From contig CP075495.1 of assembly GCA_021613535.1 (NCBI GenBank), positions 8,432,001 to 8,496,000 of the forward strand: a DNA stretch of 64,000 nucleotides, written 5' to 3'. Made by a program: the position numbers and the translations under genes. Source of the DNA: Adineta vaga (lineage: Eukaryota; Animalia; Rotifera). The notes under the pieces are model-generated. The model ran no database searches, was not told the origin of the DNA, and worked only from the letters and a program-made list of their open reading frames with translations. Below are positions 26,605 to 42,489 of this stretch, in pieces (positions within the stretch are counted from its first letter, which is position 1; each line of letters begins with the position of its first letter).

Positions 26605-27869
26605 TCACGTATGATGGTGATGTGGATGCGAATGTTGACATTCACCTTCGGAGGATTGAAATCGAACACGCTGACGTACAGAAGATCCTGTATTTTTACA
26701 TGATTGAATAATCCCGTTCGATGGATCTGTTGATAACAAAGAAGTTGCTGTCGATATTGTTTCATCTGATAGAGGTTTGTCAGATTGATAGTCTTCACTC
26801 TCATCCAATCTAAATAAATCATAAATAATTTTCAAGTATTCAGAAACAGATACATACTTCCAATCTGAATGTGTCACAACTCCGATACCAACTAAACACA
26901 TACCAATAAAAATGACCAAACAAAAAATAATCGTAAAATTCACTAGAGGTTTCTATTGTACAGATAGAAATAATTTTAAAATAGTCGAAAAACAAAACAA
27001 AATCATCTTACACGATATGTGGGCATTTCAAAATATCTCATCAATGATAAATAAGCACAAACTTCAGCATACATTTGATCTAAATGTAAAACAAAGGAAC
27101 TATCAAATTCTTGTTAATATTTATCAAGATTAAAATTTACGTTGCAGTTTTACTCGTACATCACGAGGTACATTCTGTGGAATACATCGATTAATCAAAG
27201 ACTAAAATTTAATGTAGTCAAAATAGAAACATTTCATCGAAGAAAGAATTTCCTACGTACAGAACAATGAGTTCGTAAGACAGTTAATTGTTGTTCATTA
27301 ATAACTCTTTTCGATTTTTTCTTTGTAATTCGAGAACCACGTGCTAATGGATTCAATGATTTCAATGAACGTTTCGGCCGTTTCAAAACATCACACCGAA
27401 ATATTGAACAATAATCTGATAGACATACAGATTGTTCATTCTACATAAAGAAACATTTAGAAAACTCAGTCAAAATCAAATAATTCATACTTGTAATAAT
27501 GTATTATTATGTCGATTAATAAAGTGTAAATCGATATAATATTCCGAAGAGAATGTTTTATTACAATATTTACATAACCATTTATCATTGGAAACTTTTA
27601 ATTTATGTAATTCTTGTCGATAATAAAGATCACGCATGGGAGACAGAACACATTCAAGTGGAATTGCAAGTTGATTTTTTTCATAGATTGGTCCAAGTGC
27701 CTATATTGAGAGATAAAATCACGTTTTTATTGAAATTAAAACCAAAAAAAAACATTACTCGTGTAAAATAATCTCGAACAATTCGACTGCCTTCACGTGA
27801 ACATGATTTATTACAATACCCGAAATGAATTAAAAATAGTAGAAAGAAAATGAATGTTAAATTGTTCAT
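26605..27869 (-). CDS. Secretory-pathway single-pass protein with a luminal C2H2-like finger and Cys-rich domain, about 7 exons
   Basis: Spliced product: signal peptide, CSREGSRIVRDY, ECVLSPMRDLYYRQE, WLCKYCNKTFSSEYYIDLHFINRH, CLSDYCSIFRCD, RTHCSSLINRCIP, a TM (FTIIFCLVIFIGMCLVGIGVV) and a His-rich tail. Confidence 0.8.
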
Positions 27870-28238
27870 CGTATCGGCATGTTATCTAAAACATACACGG
27901 AAAGATACAATCTGCTATATATCATAACGATAAAATAATATGATTTAATTTGAAAAAGAAAAACATCATAAGTATGACAATATAAATAGTATCACATGGA
28001 AAATTAGTTTTGAGATTAAGAAATAGTAACTGAATTTTTCTAGTTCTATTTTTTTCCTATCGACAATGAGTTACATCTTTACCATTTGATCACGTTCATT
28101 TCACACGGGTTTCATTTGTAACATAGGTGAAGTTCCTAAAATATAAAGATTTTTTTCTATTATAAAATTCAAGCCTCCAGATATTTATAGATTTAGGTAA
28201 ATAGGTCCTATGTGAATCTAGTTTTTCATATAAAATTA

Positions 28239-29426
28239 TCACCAATTTTGTTTTAGTAAACGAAATATAGACACGAACTTTTCAGAATTTGTTGTCAGAT
28301 CTTGTGTGTTAAATGATGAATTTAGGAGTTGGTGGGAATGTTGTTTGGATTCACTATCGTTCATACTTGAGACTGATTTATTTTTTTTAGCCGTATATTC
28401 CAAATAACTAAAAATCGTTCCACCAACTAATGATAATGCAATACCAATAACAGTATTGATATTAATAGAAAGTCGATCGAAGACAAATAAACCAAAGAAG
28501 ACTTGTAAAATACTTTTAAGTACACCAACAACACTTAATGAACAAAATAATTTGTTTCATGAAAGAAAGAAAAGAATTGTTTTAATAAAAACCTTGTCGT
28601 TAATGCGGAATTTTTCATTGTACACCAAAATGTTGCACCATTGAGTAATCCACCACCGAATGTTGATGCTAAGAAATACAACCAAAATGGAAATGTACGA
28701 TAATTGTTATAGGTTAGAACATTTGATATTTCATCTGTAAACAAAATCATTAAAATAAATACCATTGGTAATGATAATACACTATTGATGTAAAGAACAT
28801 CAGATGATGTTTTTTGTTCACTAGATCTTTGAATTGTTAAAAGATAAAGTGATTGAAATATAACACTAAGACCACCAATAACATAAGATTCCATATGAAA
28901 TGTTAAATCACCAGCTGATGTTATTATAGCGCCAATGGTTATTGCAAATACACAAAAACCCACTTTGAAATCCAATTTCTGTTTTCGTAAGACGAGTACT
29001 TGTAACATAAAAGTTAATGCTGGTGTACATCGCTAGAATACAAAAATATCGATTATAGAATGTATAATTATATTTAAAAACTTGGCAATTTTCTCCTTTT
29101 TCTAATGAGTATAATGTTAAACTCACCTTAATCACAACATAGATCGCTACATTAAGTTTCATTAATGCTTGTAAAGATAATGCGGTACTTAAACTATAGA
29201 AAATGGACGGAATGAGAAATACGTAAATATCGTTTCTTGTCATTGTTGGCAATGGCATGAGTCGAAAAAAAGCAAGTAATTGAAATGATAAAAGAACGAA
29301 GAAAAGTTGCACAAATATAACAAATAAACTATTACGAAAATCAGCTATTTCAAAAAGAGCTTTGTTCAAAAATGCCATGGAAAACGAGAGAAATCCATAG
29401 ATAAGCATTGATGATAGATGCAACAT
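28239..29426 (-). CDS. Nucleotide-sugar transporter, SLC35D/TPT family, 3 exons
   Basis: Multi-TM protein with SFSMAFLNKALF, AGDLTF, LYINS and CTMKNSALTT-VVGVLKS motifs. Confidence 0.88.
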
Positions 29427-30347
29427 TTTTATGCTTGTTATATCTTAAACGAAACAATCGAAAATTTTGACTATAGAAAATAAGAAAAAAAGATTTTCTT
29501 TTTGTACAAAAATAAGTTTTATTGTATTACATAAAAAGAAACCATCATCTCTCACAGATGAATAAATAATTGATTGTTAGTGTAAAATAAAGGAATCAAT
29601 ATGTAAAAGTAATATTTGTTGGAAATAAATCGAATGTGTTAACATACCAGTGAAAATATTGATATGATTCAATCACTAAATAAACAAGCATACAAGGACA
29701 AAAACAAAAAGTAATATGAAAGAAGAGTTATCAGCAAATCACTTTTTCTAATACTTTGGAGATTTTTCTTTGCGAACCTTTTTTATATGAAGAAGATAAG
29801 TACTAACTATAAACCGATGTTGCTCTAGCTAGATAAAAAGAAAGAGAAAATTATAATAAAAAAAGATCAAATTTCTTGCCGCTTTCTTTATTTTTAAATA
29901 AAATCGAACTTAATCCATAATTATATGTTATTTTTTTCAAATCTTCTCTTACAGATAGCATTAATCCAAGACTTTTTTCTTTCATACATGCCGACACAGG
30001 TGAAGATGATAATATGTAACAAAGTATTTTTTTAGATTTTTTGCATCATTGTCCACAGGTCCTTAAAGTAAATGAAGAAGAAAAAAAGAATAAGATTCAC
30101 AAACACAAAAAGAAAAGAAAAGAAAATAGTATCTCTTGTTTGTTGTGATTTTTCATTGAAGATACAAGAAAAATCAAGTGGTATACAGGTATATATTAAT
30201 AGAATTGTACACGACGAAGAAGACGCAAACAAAATGAACGAAAAAACGAAGAAGAATTATAATAAATGATGTATTTCCTTATTTTCTCTGGACGGATGTT
30301 CTAGAAGTAGAAAAATCCTACATGCATAAATTCCATTGTTTCTTTTT

Positions 30348-33250
<2,903 letters not shown>

Positions 33251-33593
33251 TGTATCTGAAAGATAAAAATAACGTTAATTCATATCTTTATATTCTTCTC
33301 AATCATTAAGATTATATGTTTATGTATTTTGAGAGAGAAAGTAGAGTAATATTTTTTTTTCAATATTTTTTCTAACATACGATTAGACTGCCTTTTTGAT
33401 CAACACAGTTCGTATCAGAGAAAGAAGATAAAGAGTTTTCAAAATAATCATCCATTCCATTGATCAAGTGATATGAGTTGATGATGAAAAGTAATTCATC
33501 TAAAAAAACACACAATCAACAACAATCTTAAACTAATCTTATCAAAGAGAAAATAGAAAGAAAGAATGATAATGAAAATCTTTCCAAGTCGAA

Positions 33594-34528
33594 CTATTTC
33601 GAATTATCATCGTTATCTGAAATATCATCGGATGATGAAGTTGATGGTAGAGATTCATCATTGAATGGTGATAATATGGATAAAAGCATTGCTTGAGCTT
33701 TTTCCTTCTGTCTCATCGCACGTTTAGCTTCTTTGGCTTTCTGTGTTTCTTCTTTTTCATGATCAATTGCATGTAATTCACTTTGTAATTGTTTTAATTC
33801 AACATCAGGTACGTAACGAAATTCATCATCCACTGAATTAGGTGTATCAATTTTTAATTCAACACCTTCAGGAATATTTAAACGTATACATTCAAATAAA
33901 AGTGGTGCTATTGTTGCTTTTACTTTTGCAAACTAAATTCAAATTAGCCCATGATTACTTTTTTTTCTCTTAATGATCTTATTCCTACTTTAACTATACG
34001 ATGATACAGATTTAGATGATGTTCAATATCGATTTGTGCACTACGTGGTTTAAGAATTGTTACACGCGATGATTTAGCGGGAATCGGTACGCTATAGAAA
34101 AAAAGAAGGAAAAGAAAAATAGAATAAATAAAGCAATGATAACATACGCTTCAGGAACTTGAATATCGAGTGAATTGGCAAGTTTTTGAATGTATCGAAA
34201 ATAACCTTCGAGTACTACATAATCATAACCTCGTATAGAGACAGCCAAGGAGGAATAATTTGGATACAGATCAGTTTCAAATAAATAGGGTGGTTCATAG
34301 ATAATACCTCGATTTGTTGTTGGATCAGGAATAACACAAATTGTTTGAGCATTTTCACTGTTCGATTTGATAGCTTGCGCTCGACCACCGGATCTAAATG
34401 TGGATATAGATAAAATTAGTTCGATATGATACAGAACCGTGAAGTCACCTGGTATAACGTATAGATAGAAATGAACTATATGTATAGGTAGAAAGAAGAG
34501 GTTTTAAACGAGTTAATACAGTATTCAT
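33594..34528 (-). CDS. MRPS10: Mitochondrial ribosomal protein S10 (uS10m)
   Basis: Basic N-terminal presequence, YEPPYL..LYPNYSSLAVSIRGYDYVVLEGY and IRLNIPEGV. Confidence 0.8.
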
Positions 34529-35289
34529 TCTGATAATTTCAAAGATTGTGACACGAAGAATTAAGCAATTCTTAGTAAAGTATTATGTCGTATTGTATTG
34601 TAAGGAATGAGATAAATAAACAAATAACAAAATGAACCAATAAAAAAATCATAACCATCCTTCATGATAAATATGAAAGTCGGAAAGATGTCGTTAGTCT
34701 CTCATTTAATATAGCTTATTAACGAAAATTTAATAAAGCTTAAAATCAGATCTTGGAAATACGTCAAAGTCACCAAAAAATGCTCGTAAATATTCTAGAA
34801 AATTCTAACTTGATGAATTATCTTTTGTAATCTCGTGAATAGAGAAACCAATTTCCGAAAACTAATTTAGCATTAAAAAAAAATAAGTAAGTTATAAGAA
34901 ATTATAAAATTATTCTTTTAGTTTATCTTGAGATACTGTCATTTTTTCTTGTAATTGAGTATTAATAAGAATATCGTTCTACTTTCCACTTTTGCATGTG
35001 TAAACATATACTCTGTTCTGTCTTGTTTTTGACTTTACACTTCGCAATACGCTCGTAAGTATATAACTCGTTCTCTGATTGAAAAAGATTTCACCTATTG
35101 CGAGTAATTATAAACACTGTTTAGAAAAAATGATACTTCCTTATGAATAGTGATATAGATTAAATTTTATTTAATGTATATATATTTATTTCTTAAATGA
35201 TTAAAATCATATCTTTTTCAAATACGGATTTCTAGATTGAATACTACAATAGAATGCAATTTAGTGTTTATGATTCATTATTGAATGAT

Positions 35290-36743
35290 TTAATTTTTGT
35301 AATTGCGTGGATTAAGAGCATCAAGAACTTGATTAAGATCACCCTTTTTTGATTTGATAAGTTCGCTCAAAACACCATTTGAATCGACAAAACCCATTGC
35401 AGTCATTCGTTCAACACATTCATCGAGTTTTTTCTTTTCTTCAGCTTGTTTATCATCAACTGTAGCAGCAGTAGCAGCTGTTGTTGTTGCTGCTGCTTGA
35501 AATACTGGATTGAACATTGTTTGAAGTTGTTCAAGTAAGTTACCGAATGATGGTGCGCCAGCTGCAGCTGATGTCGCTTGATTTGCTGTAGGAGCCGATG
35601 GTTTCGGTTCAGTACTTGCAGTGCTACTTGCTGCTGCTGTTGTTGTTGCTGTAGCTTCTTCAGCTTTTTCGTTCATTTCAGACTGTCCAGTTTGATTTTG
35701 GCCTTGTTGTTTATCAACAAAGTAATCACAATCAATACCAAATGGTGACAAAATTTCTTGGAGAAATTTGCCAACATTTTCCAAAAGAGTATGTTGATCA
35801 ACGGGTTTATTAGCTTGCTCACCAGTTTTAAATTGGTTGAGCATTTCATTGATTTTTTCCGTACGAAAAGCTTCAGGTAAATGAGCTTCGATCAATTCTG
35901 CTAATTCTTTGCCATTGAATTGACCGAGAAAAGCAGCCATATCAGCTGGCATAGGAAAGGCAGCTGAAGCATCACCAGTTTGTTGATTCATAAAATGACG
36001 CCAGAAACGAGGACCACCACCACAGCGACCACCACTAAATGGGCCACCACCGAAGGGTCCACCACCGCATCGACCGCCACCAAAGTGTCCACGACCACCT
36101 CGACGATGTCCACCAAAGAAACGATGGAATGGACGAGTAATTTGAATCATATTATGTTCCGAATGAATTTTTTTATCCGAACAGCCTTGACATAAATCAT
36201 AATCCGGACATACTGTACATCTAAACACACACAGAAATCCATCATAGATGAGATGAAAAGAAAATAATTCTATTTTTTCGAAACTTACTTGTAACGATTT
36301 CCGAAGATAGAACCTTGACAACCATCACAAGTAACACCTGGATGAACAGTTGCGTTTTGAGTTGTTTCTTCAGTTTTTTTCGCTTTTGGTTTAACATAAA
36401 TTTTCATAACACCACCTGCTGGAACATTATTCAAAGCCGATCGTAATTCAGCATTCGATGAAAAGGTAATACGATCATTATCTTCATCGACATATTGTAA
36501 TGTAAATTGACCTTGAGGATAATCACTATTTAATTGCGAAACAGTTGTTTCCAATGCTTGATATACATCATTGTTTTGCGATGCATCAATCTAGTAATGA
36601 TAAATATGTACGGTCAAAGAATAGAATAATTCAAGAGAGAGAGAAAGAGAGAAACTTACTGCAAATCGACGAATTTCTGGTTGATTTTCAACGAGATCGT
36701 TGTAATAAGCTTTGACAATAACTTGTTGTTGGGCAGACGACAT
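35290..36743 (-). CDS. SQSTM1: Sequestosome-1/p62 (PB1-ZZ-UBA), 3 exons
   Basis: PB1 (VKAY..EIRRF, YVDEDNDRITFSS), ZZ ([29 protein letters not shown]), LENVG..LSPFGID and UBA (MGF..GDLNQVLDAL). Confidence 0.9.
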
Positions 36744-36803
36744 GATACGTGAGCTGTTTTGCTTTAGTTGATTTAAATGAACAAGATAACTATTTCTTCG
36801 CTC

Positions 36804-37102
36804 TTTTATATGCCATTATATGAAACGATGAGTAATCATAGAATAGTGTAGAAGAAAAAATAACGTTACGAAAGAACGAAAGAGAACGCTCTGACGTGTC
36901 GCGTTATGTAAAGCTAGACAACGATGGAAAGAAGTTTCACGTGCCTGTTACTCATTGCTAAAATGCCTCGTAATGCTTACAATGCAAGTTTTTCCATAGA
37001 TATTTTATAGACTGAAGAATATCTATAAATCAGTAAATGTTTTCTTTTCGATTATAGGTGCACATGAATTATCATCTGCTACAGATCATTCGAGAATATT
37101 CT
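36804..37102 (-). promoter_or_regulatory. p62 proximal promoter: TATA, two TTACTCA sites, TGACGTG, TCACGTG E-box and a 3-unit HSE
   Basis: TATAAAA on the minus strand at 36804-36810; TGAGTAA at about 36829; TGACGTG 36892-36898; TCACGTG 36937-36943; TTACTCA at about 36948; aTTCg-aGAAt-aTTCt 37088-37102. Confidence 0.5.
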
Positions 37103-39402
37103 CAAGATTCCCATAGAATCACTGGGTTTTTTTTTTTGAGTACTGAAATCTGAGAAAAACACACATGTTATATTAATGTATCGACAATTCTTACACAACA
37201 TCCACCCAACAAATATGTTACATATTTTTTCACCTAATTAGATTGGAAATAAGAGAGACGCAATTACACGCTTGAACAGACCATAATGAATCACACGAAA
37301 AATATTGATTTCATATTTTCAAATAATTAATCTGAATATTATTATTATTTTATGTTACCTAGTTATATGTATACTTGTTTAACCAGTTCTTTGGTGAAAA
37401 AATATGTGTAGCGAAAAACAGATCCGTTCATTTGAATCAAATAAGAATACATACATAACTGTATGGTCTATAAAGCAAATCTTTTTTGTTAATTCCAAGC
37501 ACATGTGCTGAATTTTATCAAGGCCTCTTGTTCATAACGCATATATAGAAAACATTATTGCTAATTTAATGATAGCAGGTATAATATGGGAAACCAGCGT
37601 GAAAGTTCGACATGAATTGAAGAAATTCATGGCTTGACTAATTTACTTTTGAATTCAGACATTTATCTTATGCTAGGTTTCTATCATCCTAAGGTGCATT
37701 TCTAATAATCAATGTCATCTTTTACTTTTTCTCGGTTAGACCAATATTTCCTTTGACAAATTTCAAGAGATAAACCAGTATGACTGCGAGTGTGCATAAT
37801 GAAACTTTTACATTCTAATTTTTCATTGTAGAATATTAGACAAGATGCACATTGTGGGGAAAATAAAAATTCCCTCTTATAATGAAGAGGAAGATTAAAA
37901 AAGAGATAGATTAAAATGTTATAAATGTTCAACAGTCAGTAAGACTGGAATTTCCGAGGTTCTAGAAAAAAGTAAGTAATAAACCGGCAGATAATGTCGC
38001 AAGTTCTCTAAACTATGACATGACATGTGGATTTGTTCGAGGAAAGATATCGGAAATTCAGTAAAGCGTTGTCAGACACTATTAAACTAGTAAGATGAAC
38101 TTCGGATCAGTGAAGTTTTTTTTATCATATCTATTAGTCTGATTCTTGTATTTTTCTATTACAAAAAATAGTGTATTGAAAGATGTTGATGAATAGAAAC
38201 GATGTCATAATAGTTTTGTAGTCATCTTTACGTTGAGATATCGAAGTTTGGTACAAAATCTGTTTTTTTTCTTAAAAGCTGCGATGATTTTGAAGAGAAA
38301 GTGGGTCGTCGAACACCGTGTGACATTATTTAACAGGCTTCGATATCGCGTAATACTTTAATTATTTTTTCATCTCCGTCTTCTTATTTGTAAGAAAGCA
38401 GGTTTTATTTTATCCACCACGTATTCATACGCATCTCAATCCAATTCGACCTATATGCAAATTAGCTTGCTATATTACTGAATTTCTCATATTAGAATAG
38501 AATACATTTTCAGTAAAAATTATCACAAAGATTATAGGTAATCATTAATCGAACCCATATGTTTCTTGTCAAATTACTTCATAGAAAATTCTAATTTTTT
38601 TGTCTCGTCTTCTGAGATTTGCCGATAGAAATCTCACTAATATTTTATAGATTGTCACCTATTTATACAAGAAAATTCTCTATTGAAAATTACTTCAGAC
38701 AGTTTTTAAGTTTAATTTTGACCATGATTAAGTCTGACAGATATGTGATCTTCGTATATAGAAATAATCGCTTGGTAAGAATGTGTTGAATCTAAATCTA
38801 CAGATTGTCAGTATAAATTTACTTAAGAACATACCAGAAGCAGTCGTGTCACTCAAGGATAAACAATCTTTGTTATTAATTGTATTAATGAGCACAACAT
38901 ATTTTGATAAACCATGATTAAAGCAAAGAATTATTTTCGTTGTGACGCACATAACATTCTTGAGAGAAAATTAATCACCTTAGTAACAGAAAAGAAATTT
39001 TTATGTACGTCGATTTCAATCTGATAGTAACACTTGTGTTTAGTGTAAATTGTTATATGTAACCAGTCTTACTGTCGCGTTATAAACAGTATTCATCTTT
39101 AAACGAGTTCACAAAGTTTACTGCCATATTTATTTTTAATGTATGTAGTCTCATATATACAAGATTGTTTCTTTTTGTTTACTTGGAAATTTGTCCTTCA
39201 CAAATAAGATTTCTAGGGCGTTTTAAAAAGCGATGGAAATTGTTTCTTTTTTTGTGACATTCTCGAGAAATGAAGTACGCAAATTGAAGATTATGCAGAA
39301 AAATTATTTATTTCAATAGAAAAGAGAAAAGAGTTTTTCCATGGTAAAAAAAGTCTAAAATTCGTTGATGTATTGTTTGCTTATCATGATCACTATGAAC
39401 AT

Positions 39403-40601
39403 TTATCTCCTATTTCCTTCGACAAAATGAGAAAAATCCTATAAAATAACATGAGAGAATTGAAAGAGAAGAATATATCAAAAACAAAAAAGAATCTTAC
39501 AATTAAAAATAGAGCACCAAGTGCTACTGCTTTCATTCGAACACTGAGATCCATTGGCACTAAAAAAACAAAATATTTACTTATATAGAAGAACAATATC
39601 TTTTCATACTTTGAATCGTAAATGTATCGGAATTCGTCATGGCTTCAGCGACAAACCCTGCATATTTTTTATAAATTGCTCCAATTTCCGTTGAACCATC
39701 CATTCCATATAACTAGAAAAACAAAATTACTTTTATTTATTGACTGTAAGATTTTATAATCATTAACTACGAACAGTAAATTTATTTTCACAACAACACG
39801 CATAGGGTCCATCACACATACATCCAGGACCAACAATTTTTAATACAGGTCTACCTGTTTCATCTTTAAGTACATAATGTATACGCCAACAACTGCATCT
39901 AAATAGAAAATATGAACGAATTTAATTATATCTTTATCAAAATTCTTTATTTTACTCTTGAGTAACAAAACCAATGATAGTACCAGGAGGTGATTCAACA
40001 GTAATTTCCTGACTACATCCACCACAACATGCAAACCAACAACATCCAGAGCAACATTTAAACTCTCGTCGAAGACGAATTAATTCCTATAAGAAAAAAA
40101 GTAAGAAATTGACTTCATTTTACCACTAATTGATTTCTACAAACTTGATTTGCACTATCAACAATATGTAGATCGAATCGACGGGTTTGTGGACAATAAG
40201 CACGTTGACAGAAATCAGATTCTAAAAATAGACGTAATTATTACGTGTTAAGGGAAACACACCCTTAAAGCATGTGTTACCTTCGAATGCATAGTAAACT
40301 TGTTCACCTTTGTTATTGAAAATACCGTACTTAGCACTACCAGCAAGTCCCACCATCACTAATAGACAGAAAGAAAACATAGTTTTTTTTTATAAATAAG
40401 TTTATTTGAAAAAAATGTTCGAAATTTCATACTTTCAGTTAATGACAATGTTTGTCTAACGAGTAATGAATCTAACGGTTTTAAATAGGCTAAACCACTT
40501 GGATCACCAGCTGGTTTATCCATCCATTTTAATTGTTGAGGATTCAATATATTATTTCCGTACATTTGATTAGCTTGAGCGATAAGATTTGCACGATTCA
40601 T
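39403..40601 (-). CDS. Phospholipid scramblase (PLSCR family), multi-exon
   Basis: PSGLAYLKPLDSLLVRQ, ESDFCQRAYC..RRFDLHI, Cys-rich FKCCSGCCWFACC, VESPPG..IG, TNSDTFTI.VPMDLSVRMKA and LFLIDF. Confidence 0.88.
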
Positions 40602-42489
40602 TTTCAATTCTTTTCTCGATTTTTATGAGACCAATGGCAATTTTTTTTTGCCTTTTAAATATAAAATCTCATGACGTTAGCACGTTAGAAAAGAAAACTT
40701 TTTATTTTCATCGACAAAATTTCAAGCATGTCTACGTCAAGACAATCCGATCGGTGACGTACATGCATACTTTTCTCAATGTAAAGTCGTCTTGATCGAG
40801 AATCTGTAAAATGCACATTTGTTTATTACTTTTCATTACATACATACATACATATATATGAAGATTTCTTTCTCATAGGAACAATAAATTTTATGTAAAC
40901 TAAAATCAATTCCACATAAATCTAATCTTCTGTAGTTAAAATCAAACTCCTGCTTATGAATCTATTACACATGATTGCATTATTTCTTGAGAAATAGAAT
41001 AGATTGTATTCTGTTGACACAAGAGACAAGAAATTACTAATGCAAAACATTTGTTTTAACAAACAAACAAACAAACAAATCCGAATTCGAATATTCAGTG
41101 ATCTACTTTATTGATAATTATAATCTTTTAGAAACGTTAAATTGATCTTAATCAGCATAAAAGAGCCTAGTTTTTTTTTTACAGAAATACAATGATATAT
41201 AGATGTAAAACTAGTTGAAAGTGTTACTTCATCCTGTCACTCATATTACTTTATTATCGAGTGAAGCATAACATTTATTTTATTTGATTTGTGAATATAA
41301 TGAAAATATTCTGTCAAATCTCTTCTAGTATTCATTAAGATAAAACGATGAATGATTTATCTCAAAGCATTAAATATAGAGAAAATGTTTTTTTTTGGAG
41401 AGTATCCATTGTAATTTTATTTTTCTTCTTCTTTCTTTTCTAAGTCATCTTATAGTTGAAATAATCCGATAAACGTTGTAAAATGCAACGATGCAAATAG
41501 TTGTCACAATCACTCCTCGAGATTATTCATGGTATTTTTGTAGATTTATATACATACAAGTAAAAAAACAAAAAACTTGCCAATCTAATTTATCTTTAAT
41601 AAAAATATTTAGTATAGAAATACATGAATCTATTTTCTGCATATATTCTTGCTATTTTTTCTCTGAGGATTTTCTTTTTTTCTATATTTTTCTTCTTCTC
41701 ATCATTATAATTCTTTTTATTATAATTATGTGACATTTTTTTTCTTCTTCTATCTTTCTTCTTATGTACTAGCATCATCCGTCTTTATGTCAGCTACGCT
41801 CTAAATAAACAAAATACATCTTTCGTGTTTTATAGTTCTGACAATTTCAAGATACCCGACTTCATTAAGTAAAGATTTCAGATCTATTCGTTTAAAATTC
41901 TGTTCAAACAGTCTTTAATGGTAAACATACAATAGGCACCATCATCATTAGTGTAGTTCTCTTGTATTAATGATTGTTGTTTTCCTGGCTTTTTTCTGGA
42001 CTAAATAAACATAATTTTCAGTCTTTCATGCTGATCAATATGTATATACATATATATATATATATATCGTTTAATTGAGTAAATACAGGAAAAAGTAAGT
42101 TTACTCTATTGCATGTTCTCGATTTTTTTGTGCTTACTTTTCATTATAAACGTATATATTAATCGACAGAATTATTTGATTTCTTTGTAGTTTGTGTTGG
42201 AAATTGATCGATCGAAGATAGACCAGGATTTGTTTCTTATTGATGCCTTTCATCTACTTATTTACGAGTACAAACTATTCCTTACGTTTACATGACATTT
42301 GCCAAAGGAAGAGTACTATTACTTGAGATAGTAATCTTACTGGAAAGGATACATCGACAACAAAAACAAATGGTCGATATAGACATCAAACGAATCATCT
42401 TCTTTGATATGTTTTTCTTTGTATTGTAATTAACATTTTAATTCTTCTATTTTAGATCATAGATATACATTAATTTAGTTAATTTGACG

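Noticed and set aside
33251-33593. Unpaired acceptor before the PRP4K ATG as a trans-splice site
   Set aside because: A strong GTATGT donor at about 33380 explains it as an ordinary 5' UTR cis intron.
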